The position numbers were made by a program, and so were the translations under genes. Under the pieces are notes generated by a model. That model was not told the origin of the DNA, made no database searches, and saw only the letters and a program-made list of their open reading frames with translations. Shown here piece after piece: positions 6,044-6,326 of a DNA stretch of 6,326 nucleotides (the stretch's first letter is position 1; every line of letters starts with the position of its first letter). The DNA comes from a virus, in UHGV virus genome UHGV-0210517, one strand, 5' to 3'.

Positions 6044-6307
6044 ATGGAAAGAAACTTAAAAATTTATGTTGTTCGTGATAACGTTGCTAATGATGTCGTA
6101 TCTGTTAACACTGCTACTACTGACGGTATGTTCGTTCGTACTTATGCAAAGAGTTTTCAGAGTCTTAATCCGAATTTTTTAACTGACTTTGAAATTTATC
6201 AAGTTGGTTCTGTTAATTTTGATACGTTTGAATGTCGTCCTTGTGATAAGAGAAAAGTTTCATGGGATTCTTACAAAATGCCTGAAACTACTGTTGATTT
6301 AAAGTAA
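6044..6307 (+). CDS. VP5: VP5-like nonstructural protein, 87 aa
   Basis: LKIYVVRDNVA...DFEIYQVGSVN resembles the VP5 pattern (IY...D..A / DF.LY.IG.FD); directly follows VP4; GAGGT at 6032-6036. Confidence 0.8.
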   Translation: MERNLKIYVVRDNVANDVVSVNTATTDGMFVRTYAKSFQSLNPNFLTDFEIYQVGSVNFDTFECRPCDKRKVSWDSYKMPETTVDLK

Positions 6308-6326
6308 TTTTTATTTCAAAATATAG

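Overview
Most likely a complete circular Microviridae (ssDNA phage) genome, linearised just upstream of the major capsid gene. A 9-bp hairpin closes only when base 6326 is joined to base 1. All credible genes are on the + strand: VP1 capsid (probable start 43), a putative scaffold-like protein, an uncalled 33-aa hydrophobic peptide (2501-2602), two small accessory ORFs (one RHH-like), VP2 pilot, a 158-aa unknown ORF, VP4 Rep and VP5. A ~650-nt non-coding region (2603-3249) holds a hairpin array with DnaA-box matches in three stems, a CTTGATA nick-site hairpin (probable rolling-circle origin) and a near-consensus sigma70/sigmaA promoter. The best leads are possible DnaA-dependent priming, two single-gene-lysis candidates (one overprinted in Rep with its own SD) and a CopG-like regulatory module. 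All protein assignments come from motifs recognised by eye; no searches were run.
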